Sequence record: OQ718158.1
Reading direction: 5' to 3' (one strand)
Length of the DNA: 64,000 nt
Positions within the stretch are counted from its first letter, which is position 1; every line of letters begins with the position of its first letter. Both the position numbers and the translations under genes were made by a program. Shown here piece by piece: positions 39,619-47,840 of this stretch. The notes beneath the pieces were generated by a model. The model was not told the origin of the DNA and did no database searches. It was given only the letters and a program-made list of their open reading frames with translations.

Positions 39619-40767
39619 TTACTGCAAAAATGACATATCGACTTCTGTATAATTAAGAACGTTCTGTCCAGAAATACCACCCATTACTACTATTGCAAGG
39701 CCACAATAATATAATTTTCCAGTATCAGTAAGTATAAGTGAACCAGATGGGGTGCGTACCAAATTACAAGAGGTATTAAACGAAGTATATGAAGGAGTAT
39801 AGGAGTACTGATTAATATTATTACCAACACCTAATTGACCAGACGCGTTGCTTCCAGATGCATAAAGTACTTCATCACCTTTAACTATATGTGATGCCAT
39901 GTTACCAACACAAGTATATAAACTATAAACACCTGCACTCAATAATGTGGGGGTTTTATATTGTATATCAGTAGAAGAGGAAGTACCACCTGTACCAAAT
40001 TCGTTCCCATATTGTGCACCGAACTGTTTACCACAAGCGTACAAATTATTATCCGATTTGATAAAAAATGTACTCTGATAACTTACATTAAAATCTATAA
40101 CATCCGAAGAAATCATCGTCACCCCAGTAATAGAAGTTTGATTACCCGTGCCCAACTGGTAGTAATAGTTAAAACCACAACCCCATAAAGTATTATCTTC
40201 TCGCAAATAAATGTTACCAACTGCCTTTTTAACCGAAGTTATAGTATCTACTCTTTTGAATGTGTTAAAAGAATTAATGTTTGTGCCATCACCAAATGAT
40301 GATATGTTCGATATATTGTTAGCTCCACAACAATACAATGTACCATCGTTTGTTATCAAATTCACCTTCATATCATAAAAACTACTCATGTATTTTATAT
40401 CAGAAACATTAATACCACTTGATGTTATCCACGTAGTACAGTCCGTCCACAAAGTTTTTCTATCAGTTACACCAGTGAATGCCTTCGTGTTACCAGTGAT
40501 AAAAACTTTTCCAGTACCTTTCTCTTCATACAATTGACAATCACTACTGTTATCTTCCAATAGAACTCGTTTAACATTCTCCGCACAAAGAATAAATTTA
40601 CTCGATGCTACACCTGTACCAGTACCCCAATTCGTCGCAGAAGATGCATACAACTTATCAGTATAAGTATCATGAAGATACATAGAATCACTGGAATATA
40701 TTTTAAAACGCCCAGAGTTGGTAGGTGCTTCATTCCCATAATCAAACATTCTTACAAAAGGTAACAT
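39619..40767 (-). CDS. RCC1-like beta-propeller, MLPF leader
   Basis: LYASGSNASGQLGVG. Confidence 0.9.
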   Translation of the reverse strand: MLPFVRMFDYGNEAPTNSGRFKIYSSDSMYLHDTYTDKLYASSATNWGTGTGVASSKFILCAENVKRVLLEDNSSDCQLYEEKGTGKVFITGNTKAFTGVTDRKTLWTDCTTWITSSGINVSDIKYMSSFYDMKVNLITNDGTLYCCGANNISNISSFGDGTNINSFNTFKRVDTITSVKKAVGNIYLREDNTLWGCGFNYYYQLGTGNQTSITGVTMISSDVIDFNVSYQSTFFIKSDNNLYACGKQFGAQYGNEFGTGGTSSSTDIQYKTPTLLSAGVYSLYTCVGNMASHIVKGDEVLYASGSNASGQLGVGNNINQYSYTPSYTSFNTSCNLVRTPSGSLILTDTGKLYYCGLAIVVMGGISGQNVLNYTEVDMSFLQ

Positions 40768-40779
40768 ATTTCCTCCAAA

Positions 40780-41685
40780 TTATTTAAAAACATACTGCGT
40801 ATTAACACGTGTCCCGTTGTCGTAACCAAGTACGTAAAATATTTCAGCACTATTATTAGAGCCAAATAATGCACCAGTACTATTACTCAACGTTGTATTG
40901 ATAGCTAATGGTATCCATTTGTTTTGCTCGGCATCATATTTTAATAAATTTAATGCACCATAAGATACTGCATATATACCTTTGTCATATCTATTGTAAA
41001 TTATCTTACTAGGGTTAGCTCCACCAACTGCTGCCATTCTTGACCAAACCGCACTCTCTATGTGATATTTTTGTGCAGGAGTAGATCCTTGTCCTGTAAA
41101 ATATATGTAAGTACCATCAGTGCACATATCACCACCACCATTGTTTGTTGTATTCCCAGTAGTACCTAACGATGTCCATGTATTAGTACTCGGCGTATAA
41201 CTATATAATGCAGTATTAGACGGTGAACCCCACAAATATATCTTATCCCCTGTAGTAATCATCTTACTATATACTGCCTGGTTAGGTTTGCCAACACTTG
41301 TATTATTCAGTGTCCATGTATCAGAGCTTATGTCATATACATAAAAATTATTATTAGCAACATTCGCTGCACCTAAACCACCGAACAAATATATTTTTCC
41401 TTGATAGGCACACAATGCACTTCCATAGGTGGATACTGGTGGTGATGATAATTGTACCCATATTCTAGAATTTAAATTAAAACTCCATAACTGATTATCC
41501 TGGTTCGAAGTATTCATTATACCACCAAATATATAAGCAGTATTTCTTGATGCATCATACGTATAACCAAAGTTATTTCGTGCTGAAGGTACTGGTGATG
41601 TGGTAAATTGAGTTCGTATACCACCATTTGGGGCTGGTAATGGAGCTTCATTCCCATAATCAAACATTCTAACAAAAGGTAACAT
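40780..41685 (-). CDS. Kelch-repeat beta-propeller with the same MLPF leader
   Basis: Start moved to 41685; R-NFG...YIFGG, IYLFGG, YD...W Kelch repeats. Confidence 0.9.
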   Translation of the reverse strand: MLPFVRMFDYGNEAPLPAPNGGIRTQFTTSPVPSARNNFGYTYDASRNTAYIFGGIMNTSNQDNQLWSFNLNSRIWVQLSSPPVSTYGSALCAYQGKIYLFGGLGAANVANNNFYVYDISSDTWTLNNTSVGKPNQAVYSKMITTGDKIYLWGSPSNTALYSYTPSTNTWTSLGTTGNTTNNGGGDMCTDGTYIYFTGQGSTPAQKYHIESAVWSRMAAVGGANPSKIIYNRYDKGIYAVSYGALNLLKYDAEQNKWIPLAINTTLSNSTGALFGSNNSAEIFYVLGYDNGTRVNTQYVFK

Positions 41686-41733
41686 ATTTCCTCCTTTATT
41701 CATTATATCATATTTACCCCATAAACAAAACCC

Positions 41734-41762
41734 TTGACATCCTTTCAGTACTGGTGTACTAT
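41734..41762 (+). promoter_or_regulatory. sigma70 promoter for micro-ORF array
   Basis: TTGACA-17-TACTAT. Confidence 0.65.
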
Positions 41763-41787
41763 AGAAGGAATACAAGGAGAACTACAC

Positions 41788-42015
41788 ATGACAGCTACAC
41801 TTAAGTACTACATTAATACTCTAAATGAACTAGAGTACGGTAAGTTTCTCGCGGATAGTTCGTGGCTAATTGAGCTAAAAACACATAACAGTACTGGATG
41901 TAACCTTATGCTGAACAATGCACTTGATACCCTTGTAGTGAGTATTTTACACAGCACCATCTGCGGGGATAGCAATAAACAATTATCAAAAATCTTAGTA
42001 CTGGTAGCTCTATGA
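41788..42015 (+). CDS. micro-ORF array member
   Basis: ATG 41788 after AAGGAG; LKYYINTL. Confidence 0.65.
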   Translation: MTATLKYYINTLNELEYGKFLADSSWLIELKTHNSTGCNLMLNNALDTLVVSILHSTICGDSNKQLSKILVLVAL

Positions 42016-42224
42016 ACACTATGAACATTGAACAGTACTACATTGATGCACTGCCAACAAAAGGTCTACGAGAAAGCCTACTGTATACACAAAATAATTA
42101 TATAAACCTCAAACATTGTCCTAAACTATTGAACTCGTACAGGAATAATAAAATAAGAAATGCTGTACAAGGGGTAGAAAGTATGCAATACTATTACATC
42201 CTAACCCTTTTAATCGAGCACTAA
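42012..42224 (+). CDS. micro-ORF array member
   Basis: MNIEQYYIDALP; paralog of 42423. Confidence 0.7.
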   Translation: MNTMNIEQYYIDALPTKGLRESLLYTQNNYINLKHCPKLLNSYRNNKIRNAVQGVESMQYYYILTLLIEH

Positions 42225-42225
42225 T

Positions 42226-42411
42226 ATGTATAAAGAATTCTACTGTAGTAAGCTGCACAAACAATACAGAGATTCATTTCCCAATGAACCTATGGATATG
42301 AATAGTCCCTTTTATAAATTTGACTTCAGACTGGAGACACGTTATGCAATAGAACATCAATTTCCTGAAACTAAGTACTTATCTATCATGAACCTCATCT
42401 TTAAGTTCTAA
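42226..42411 (+). CDS. micro-ORF array member
   Basis: MYKEFY...LIFKF. Confidence 0.7.
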   Translation: MYKEFYCSKLHKQYRDSFPNEPMDMNSPFYKFDFRLETRYAIEHQFPETKYLSIMNLIFKF

Positions 42412-42422
42412 AAGAGTACTAT

Positions 42423-42635
42423 ATGAAAACTATGAACATACACCAGTACTACTTAGATATTCTCCCTAAAGATGTACAGTTCATCCTTAAACAAGAATAC
42501 AGTACTTTAAAAAACCTTAAAAGATCCGCACCGAATGTATTAATCCTGCACCAAGAAAATGTAGTTGATAATATTCTACAAGGTGTACCAGGGACCGAGT
42601 ACTTTAACATAATAAGGCTAATTACATTACCATGA
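42423..42635 (+). CDS. micro-ORF array member
   Basis: MNIHQYYLDILP. Confidence 0.7.
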   Translation: MKTMNIHQYYLDILPKDVQFILKQEYSTLKNLKRSAPNVLILHQENVVDNILQGVPGTEYFNIIRLITLP

Positions 42636-42817
42636 ATCATATATTATACTATTACCAAAATCTATCCGACAGGGACAAGTACACCCACAACTCCAATGTA
42701 TGGTACTACAAACGCGGTAGTATAAGAGACAAACAACATTACTTCTGTATTGCTATAAAAGAAGCACTAACAACTAAGTACACGTACAGAGCAGTACTGA
42801 AACTTATTGATATGTAA
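42632..42817 (+). CDS. micro-ORF array member
   Basis: KYTYRAVLKLI tail. Confidence 0.7.
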   Translation: MNHILYYYQNLSDRDKYTHNSNVWYYKRGSIRDKQHYFCIAIKEALTTKYTYRAVLKLIDM

Positions 42818-42827
42818 AGAGAATACT

Positions 42828-43010
42828 ATGAGCATTGAATTGTACTTAAGTAAATTACAGCCTGGCGATAGATTCATCTACAATAAGTTCGAATTCAACT
42901 ACAAGAACGGGAGCAACAAATATCGTCGAGGATACCTATATACAAGCACAAGAGATGCACAAAACGAAAAGTACACATACAGAGAAGTACTTAAACTAAT
43001 CTCTATTTGA
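42828..43010 (+). CDS. micro-ORF array member
   Basis: EKYTYREVLKLI tail; start moved to 42828. Confidence 0.7.
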   Translation: MSIELYLSKLQPGDRFIYNKFEFNYKNGSNKYRRGYLYTSTRDAQNEKYTYREVLKLISI

Positions 43011-43018
43011 GGTAATAT

Positions 43019-43204
43019 ATGAATACATTTGAGTACTATACAAATAAACTATCTATGCCTGAAAGATCTCATCTCTATGTGTGGAGAAATGCGTATAAAA
43101 GCGGCAATAAACTTATACAAAGAAATTCCCTTACAGTGTGTACAAATTTAATTAAAGCAGAGTACCGCACATATATTGAAGTACTCAAACTGATAGCAAT
43201 CTAA
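43019..43204 (+). CDS. micro-ORF array member
   Basis: MNTFEYY...YIEVLKLI. Confidence 0.7.
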   Translation: MNTFEYYTNKLSMPERSHLYVWRNAYKSGNKLIQRNSLTVCTNLIKAEYRTYIEVLKLIAI

Positions 43205-43212
43205 GGTACTCT

Positions 43213-43392
43213 ATGCAAGAATTCTATATCTATAACCTCCAGCACAAAGATAGATACAACTATAATAAATTCCAAAGGTACTACACAGTCGGGAACAAAA
43301 GAGATAAAAAACGTTATCTACTCTCGTGTACAGTAGAAGCACAAAACGAAAAGTACACGTACAGAGAAGTACTTAAACTAATCTTAATCTAA
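43213..43392 (+). CDS. micro-ORF array member (59 aa, not in track)
   Basis: MQEFYIYNL...EKYTYREVLKLILI. Confidence 0.7.
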   Translation: MQEFYIYNLQHKDRYNYNKFQRYYTVGNKRDKKRYLLSCTVEAQNEKYTYREVLKLILI

Positions 43393-43399
43393 GGTAGAC

Positions 43400-43588
43400 A
43401 TGAACACTTTTGAGTACTACTTCAATAAACTAAACCACATAGAACAAAGTATGCACAACTCATTTATTCAGCACCATCAATCATCTGCACATGGAATTAA
43501 AAATATATCGATTGAGATTATCACTACCCGTGTACTGTCATCTGAACGTTATATGTATATTGATGTACTGAAACTCATCTCTATGTAA
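43400..43588 (+). CDS. micro-ORF array member
   Basis: MNTFEYY...YIDVLKLI. Confidence 0.7.
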   Translation: MNTFEYYFNKLNHIEQSMHNSFIQHHQSSAHGIKNISIEIITTRVLSSERYMYIDVLKLISM

Positions 43589-43596
43589 GGAATAAT

Positions 43597-43776
43597 ATGC
43601 AAGAATACTATATAGAACACATAAGCATTAAAGACCGTTTCATGTACGACACCTTCGTGAAGTACTACAACCTGGCAACTAATAGTACTAAAAATATTAA
43701 TCTCAATAGCTGCATTCATCACGCACTAACAAAAGATAATCCCTTCAGGGAAATCCTCGCTCTCGCATCTGTATAA
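43597..43776 (+). CDS. micro-ORF array member (59 aa, not in track)
   Basis: MQEYYIEH...FREILAL. Confidence 0.65.
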   Translation: MQEYYIEHISIKDRFMYDTFVKYYNLATNSTKNINLNSCIHHALTKDNPFREILALASV

Positions 43777-43786
43777 AGGAAACCAA

Positions 43787-44446
43787 ATGAAACTTAATGC
43801 ACACAGCAAACAATACCTTAAGCACTTTAAATACCTCAACAGTATTCAAGCAGAATCAGTTACATCATCTTATACGTATCACCCGAATATACTAAAGAAA
43901 CGAAATAAAAAGAAAAAATCCAGAAATGTTCTCGTATCTAAGAACCTCAAATCGTACTTGAAGAAAAATAATATAGCTCTTGCTTTTATTAATATCTATA
44001 ATACTGATTTAAAAGTATTGAGTACTAATACCAGCACAAAAGCACTAAAGAATGCATCTATCTATATACACATGGATAATATCCCGTGCACTATAATTCT
44101 ATCTTTCGGGAATGTATACTTCTTCGGGAATTGTAATAGCACCCATGATATCAGTACTGCACAATTCCAAATCGGCGATATGTACTGCATGGGTTCAGAA
44201 AAAATACACGATAACATGCACTTCTTCCAAAAGCAACGTACTAACGAAACTGATACAGTACTGCAATTCCTCAAAGAATTACCAGGCAAAGAATTAACAC
44301 CAGAAGAAGAATTCATGTACAGTACTGTAATCGATAATCCAGGACTCTATAAAAACGCGTACAAACTAACAAAACATGTACAGGAACTTATCAGTACTGA
44401 TAAGAAAATTCATCACCTCATTACGTATATTACAAACTATGTATAA
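43787..44446 (+). CDS. basic N-tail protein, EE-x-FQ-x-S-like family
   Basis: KKRNKKKKSRN; LTPEEEFMYSTV. Confidence 0.75.
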   Translation: MKLNAHSKQYLKHFKYLNSIQAESVTSSYTYHPNILKKRNKKKKSRNVLVSKNLKSYLKKNNIALAFINIYNTDLKVLSTNTSTKALKNASIYIHMDNIPCTIILSFGNVYFFGNCNSTHDISTAQFQIGDMYCMGSEKIHDNMHFFQKQRTNETDTVLQFLKELPGKELTPEEEFMYSTVIDNPGLYKNAYKLTKHVQELISTDKKIHHLITYITNYV

Positions 44447-44621
44447 AGAATACTACAAAGATAAAATCCCAATGCATCTACAACACCATATACCAAACGT
44501 TGCATTGGGTATCAAAGATCACGCAAAGATAATGTTCCAACAATGTACTAAGTACACGCTCATATACGATGATAATCCATATATGCTGTACTACGTAGTA
44601 ATGCTAACATTCAGGTACTAA
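44439..44621 (+). CDS. micro-ORF array member
   Basis: MYKEYY...MLTFRY; start moved to 44439. Confidence 0.7.
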   Translation: MYKEYYKDKIPMHLQHHIPNVALGIKDHAKIMFQQCTKYTLIYDDNPYMLYYVVMLTFRY

Positions 44622-44622
44622 T

Positions 44623-44802
44623 ATGCACAAACATAAAGAATTCTACCTCTCGTACCTTAATTCCGATATAGTAACATCCAATACCTTCAGTACTAAAATT
44701 ATCTATAATGAATTAATGAAAGAGTGTATTAAAGGTGCTATTAACCCTAAAGATACGTATGACTTGTACTATGCAGTACTAACCCTTGTTTTCACGAAAT
44801 AA
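44623..44802 (+). CDS. micro-ORF array member (59 aa, not in track)
   Basis: MHKHKEFY...LYYAVLTLVF. Confidence 0.7.
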   Translation: MHKHKEFYLSYLNSDIVTSNTFSTKIIYNELMKECIKGAINPKDTYDLYYAVLTLVFTK

Positions 44803-44810
44803 CACATAAT

Positions 44811-45002
44811 ATGAATAACCACAAAGAATACTACATAGATAAACTCCCAATGCATCTACAATACCTTGTACCAACAGAACCATTGGGTATAGAAAAAGAC
44901 TACGAAAAAGACTACTTCGTTAAGTGCACTAAATCCTCGATAGATATTGAGGACTATAATCGAGTACTGTATCACATCCTTTTACTAATATATAAGTACT
45001 AA
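44811..45002 (+). CDS. micro-ORF array member
   Basis: MNNHKEYYI...C...LYHILLLIYKY. Confidence 0.7.
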   Translation: MNNHKEYYIDKLPMHLQYLVPTEPLGIEKDYEKDYFVKCTKSSIDIEDYNRVLYHILLLIYKY

Positions 45003-45003
45003 T

Positions 45004-45192
45004 ATGAATAACCACAAAGAATACTACATACAATTTCTCCCCAGTATTTTTGAACACTACGCCAGATATAAAGTCCCCCTGGATAACGATTTGGCAGTAC
45101 TGGGATTCAATAACTGCATAGAACGAAGTATAGAAAATAGTAGTAGTTATGACCAATTATATAACACTATCCTACTTATATTCAGGTACTAA
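45004..45192 (+). CDS. micro-ORF array member
   Basis: MNNHKEYYI...LLIFRY. Confidence 0.7.
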   Translation: MNNHKEYYIQFLPSIFEHYARYKVPLDNDLAVLGFNNCIERSIENSSSYDQLYNTILLIFRY

Positions 45193-45193
45193 T

Positions 45194-45385
45194 GTGTATA
45201 AAGAATACTACATAAAAGATTTACCACCGCACCTTCAAGGTAATCTGTTAGAAGATGAACCTCGCGGTATCAATGCTCAAAACGATAAAGTGTACTTTAC
45301 TATGTGCACTAAAGCATGTATACTAGATTTTGACAGCTATCATCGAGTACTGTATCATGTACTGTACCTAGCTTTCGTGTACTAA
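45194..45385 (+). CDS. micro-ORF array member
   Basis: GTG start; YKEYYIKDLP; close paralog of 44811. Confidence 0.65.
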   Translation: MYKEYYIKDLPPHLQGNLLEDEPRGINAQNDKVYFTMCTKACILDFDSYHRVLYHVLYLAFVY

Positions 45386-45395
45386 AGAGGCCAAT

Positions 45396-45602
45396 ATGAA
45401 CGAACAGAAAGAATTTTACACCAAACACCTCAGTGCATCAGAACAAATGTTTCTAAGGAGTGTATCACCTTTAAGTTTAGATACACCACACGCCAGAGAT
45501 TGTTTTAATAATTGTATACGTATTACTCTAGAAGCTTTAGAAAATAATAACAAAAATATTCAGTACTCAGGCGTAATGGGACTAATATTCTTCTATGAAT
45601 AA
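45396..45602 (+). CDS. micro-ORF array member
   Basis: KHLSASEQMFLR; paralog of 45976. Confidence 0.7.
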   Translation: MNEQKEFYTKHLSASEQMFLRSVSPLSLDTPHARDCFNNCIRITLEALENNNKNIQYSGVMGLIFFYE

Positions 45603-45783
45603 CAAAGAATTCTACATAAACCATCTGGAACTAAACTCCCAAATGCTTATACCACTAAACCCAATAGATATCAAGGATAAGAAAAATACCCAACAATTCA
45701 TTTACCATACACAGTGTGCTATCACTCCAGATTATAATACATATAAACTGTACTACATTCTCGCCCTAATATACAGGTACTAA
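45595..45783 (+). CDS. micro-ORF array member
   Basis: MNNKEFYI...LIYRY. Confidence 0.7.
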   Translation: MNNKEFYINHLELNSQMLIPLNPIDIKDKKNTQQFIYHTQCAITPDYNTYKLYYILALIYRY

Positions 45784-45784
45784 T

Positions 45785-45970
45785 ATGCATAGAGAATACT
45801 ACACACAATTTGTTAAAGGGAACTACAAACACGCCGTCCCCGTAAACCCCTTAAATTCTAATGACCCAAGTACTATATTCTTGTTCCATGACGCAATACG
45901 TACAGTACTCAATACTAAAGATGAACAGGTGCAGTACGTATTCTTACTATTACTTATATACAGACACTAA
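45785..45970 (+). CDS. micro-ORF array member
   Basis: MHREYY...LIYRH. Confidence 0.7.
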   Translation: MHREYYTQFVKGNYKHAVPVNPLNSNDPSTIFLFHDAIRTVLNTKDEQVQYVFLLLLIYRH

Positions 45971-45975
45971 CTAAT

Positions 45976-46185
45976 ATGAATAAAGAACATAAAGAATACT
46001 ACTCCAAACACCTCAGCCCCTCAGAACAAATGTTTCTAAGGACTACAGCACCTTTAAGTACTGATACATATTTCGGCAGATTATGCTACAATAATTGTAT
46101 TCAAATGACTTTAAACGCAAACGACAATAATAACAGTACTAACCTGTACTCAGGCATCATAGGTATACTATTTCTATATGAATAA
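45976..46185 (+). CDS. micro-ORF array member
   Basis: KHLSPSEQMFLR. Confidence 0.7.
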   Translation: MNKEHKEYYSKHLSPSEQMFLRTTAPLSTDTYFGRLCYNNCIQMTLNANDNNNSTNLYSGIIGILFLYE

Positions 46186-46360
46186 AGAACATAAAGACTT
46201 CTATATAAGAAAACTAACATTCGTCCCCGTAAAAATATATAAAGAATGCGACCCAAGATTATACCTATGGCACTTCAATGAGTGCATAAAAGATTCTATA
46301 TACCCTAAGAACTACAAAGAACAATTGTGCTCAGTACTAACCCTAGTACTATCATATTAA
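46178..46360 (+). CDS. micro-ORF array member
   Basis: HKDFYI...FNEC. Confidence 0.7.
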   Translation: MNKEHKDFYIRKLTFVPVKIYKECDPRLYLWHFNECIKDSIYPKNYKEQLCSVLTLVLSY

Positions 46361-46373
46361 TAGAGATAATACT

Positions 46374-46556
46374 ATGCATAAAGACTTCTATATAAGTAAA
46401 CTCAAAGAGAATGAACAAGCATGGGTTAACAATTTAATCCCCCTGGCAATGACTCAATACGAATTTAATATGTGTACAAAGATTGTTTTAACTAGTAATG
46501 ATATCTCTAATACGTACTACTTCCTATTAAGAGTACTATATGGTACTTTGAAATAA
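46374..46556 (+). CDS. micro-ORF array member
   Basis: MHKDFYISKL...FNMC. Confidence 0.7.
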   Translation: MHKDFYISKLKENEQAWVNNLIPLAMTQYEFNMCTKIVLTSNDISNTYYFLLRVLYGTLK

Positions 46557-46567
46557 TAAGGTATACT

Positions 46568-46774
46568 ATGCAGAACATAAAAAACTATAAAGAGTACTAT
46601 ATAAGTAAACTACCACCGACTGACCAAGCATGGATTAGATCTATAATAGTACTGGCATTTAATAGATATGCATTTAACAGATGTACCGAGATTGCTATAG
46701 ACCCTTATAATATTAAAGAGAATGTACAGCATAATCAGTACTACTATATGTTAATGCTTATATATAGGAAGTAA
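46568..46774 (+). CDS. micro-ORF array member
   Basis: YKEYYISKLP...FNRC...LIYRK. Confidence 0.7.
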   Translation: MQNIKNYKEYYISKLPPTDQAWIRSIIVLAFNRYAFNRCTEIAIDPYNIKENVQHNQYYYMLMLIYRK

Positions 46775-46898
46775 TTCAACATATAGACAGGGGGAAGCTC
46801 CGCAGGGAAAGCATTGGACAGGCTTTAACATATGTTATATATGTTAAAATTCAGCCTGGACAAATGCGATCACTAGGATTCTCCCCAGGCTAAACCCC

Positions 46899-47146
46899 GT
46901 AATCATATGTAGTCATAAGTAATCATATATAAACATTTAAGTAATCATTTATAATCACTGTAGTGATCAGTAGTGAGTACTAGAGTGTAATAGAGTACAG
47001 GAATGTGCACGTTTAATCAAGAACGTAGCAGTACTGATATGTCACTAAAGTAGGCAGAGGAAGTCTGCCGTACTTTGTAGTTTCCAAGCTCCTTTTCCAT
47101 TTTGCAAATTACATCAAATGTAATCAAAAGTAATCAAAAGTAATCA
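46899..47146 (+). repeat. 10-bp phased GTAATCA repeats
   Basis: 46899, 46909 (GTAGTCA), 46919, 46941, 46951 (ATAATCA); 47120, 47130, 47140. Confidence 0.75.
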
Positions 47147-47423
47147 CGCAATGATTAGTACTGAATTATTACTTTCACCTTAATTTCAATTACCCCTTTA
47201 CCCTTCGGGGTAAAATTCCATTACCCCTTGAGGCTCCAGCAAAAAGTTGGTTAGTACTCCATCCTAAATCTCGATCCTAAAAATTTTGGAGTACCTATGA
47301 AATAAAAGTTGGATCTTCGAAATTTGAAATTTACGTTGGGACGTTTATGATTTGTGGGATATAATGATGTTTGTAGTCGGGTAGTTTTCAAGAATATCAG
47401 CACTGAATAATGAAAGAAAGCTA

Positions 47424-47451
47424 TTGACATTATGATTCAGTACTGTATAAT
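47424..47451 (+). promoter_or_regulatory. sigma70 promoter with no downstream ORF
   Basis: TTGACA-16-TATAAT. Confidence 0.75.
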
Positions 47452-47457
47452 GTTCTA

Positions 47458-47745
47458 CATAGGGTGATGAGTTGCTGCGAACAATTCATTTACTCTACCT
47501 CCTGTCGTGAGACAGTACAGAAAAGATAGTTCCTCCTGTGGTGGTACATCTTTTTGAACCTCATATGAAAATCGTAATAACAGTACTGATATTAACAGAA
47601 TGGTGTCAGTACTGATTTTAATCTAAAGCATTATGCCACCAGCACAAGCTGGTGGATTCCCTCTAACAGTATTCAGTACTACATGATGGTCTTCATCCTC
47701 CTAGGGTAACATAGTGAGGGCTATGATGGCAGTACTGAATACTCC
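47458..47745 (+). ncRNA. candidate ~290-nt structured RNA
   Basis: Run of at least six stems with G-U pairs, a GNRA loop and a multibranch 3' domain. Confidence 0.45.
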
Positions 47746-47840
47746 CTTTCAAAAGATAGATCTATGGTATAGTACTGACGGATTTTGGGCGTAGTTACCC
47801 TGGATGGATTTTGGACGTAGATATGTCTAGCCCTCCAGAA

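Larger units (their letters stand above)
25064..41720 (-). repeat. repeated intergenic cassette: GCCAGTAC/GTACTGGC terminator + TAAATA box + GGAG(G) RBS + constant leader codons
   Basis: Hairpins near 25066, 26271, 28664, 29917, 31180, 32395, 33618, 35943, 37195, 38395, 39591, usually followed (on -) by TAAATAnnnnTATAA..AAAGGAG(G)..ATGTTACCTTTTG. Confidence 0.85.

Noticed and set aside
23206-41685. Diversity-generating retroelement behind propeller diversity
   Set aside because: No reverse transcriptase and no near-identical TR/VR pair differing at adenines is visible in the window.
47565-47615. 16-codon ORF MKIVITVLILTEWCQY in the structured region
   Set aside because: No RBS, and it coincides with a long RNA stem. 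It cannot be fully excluded without ribosome profiling.
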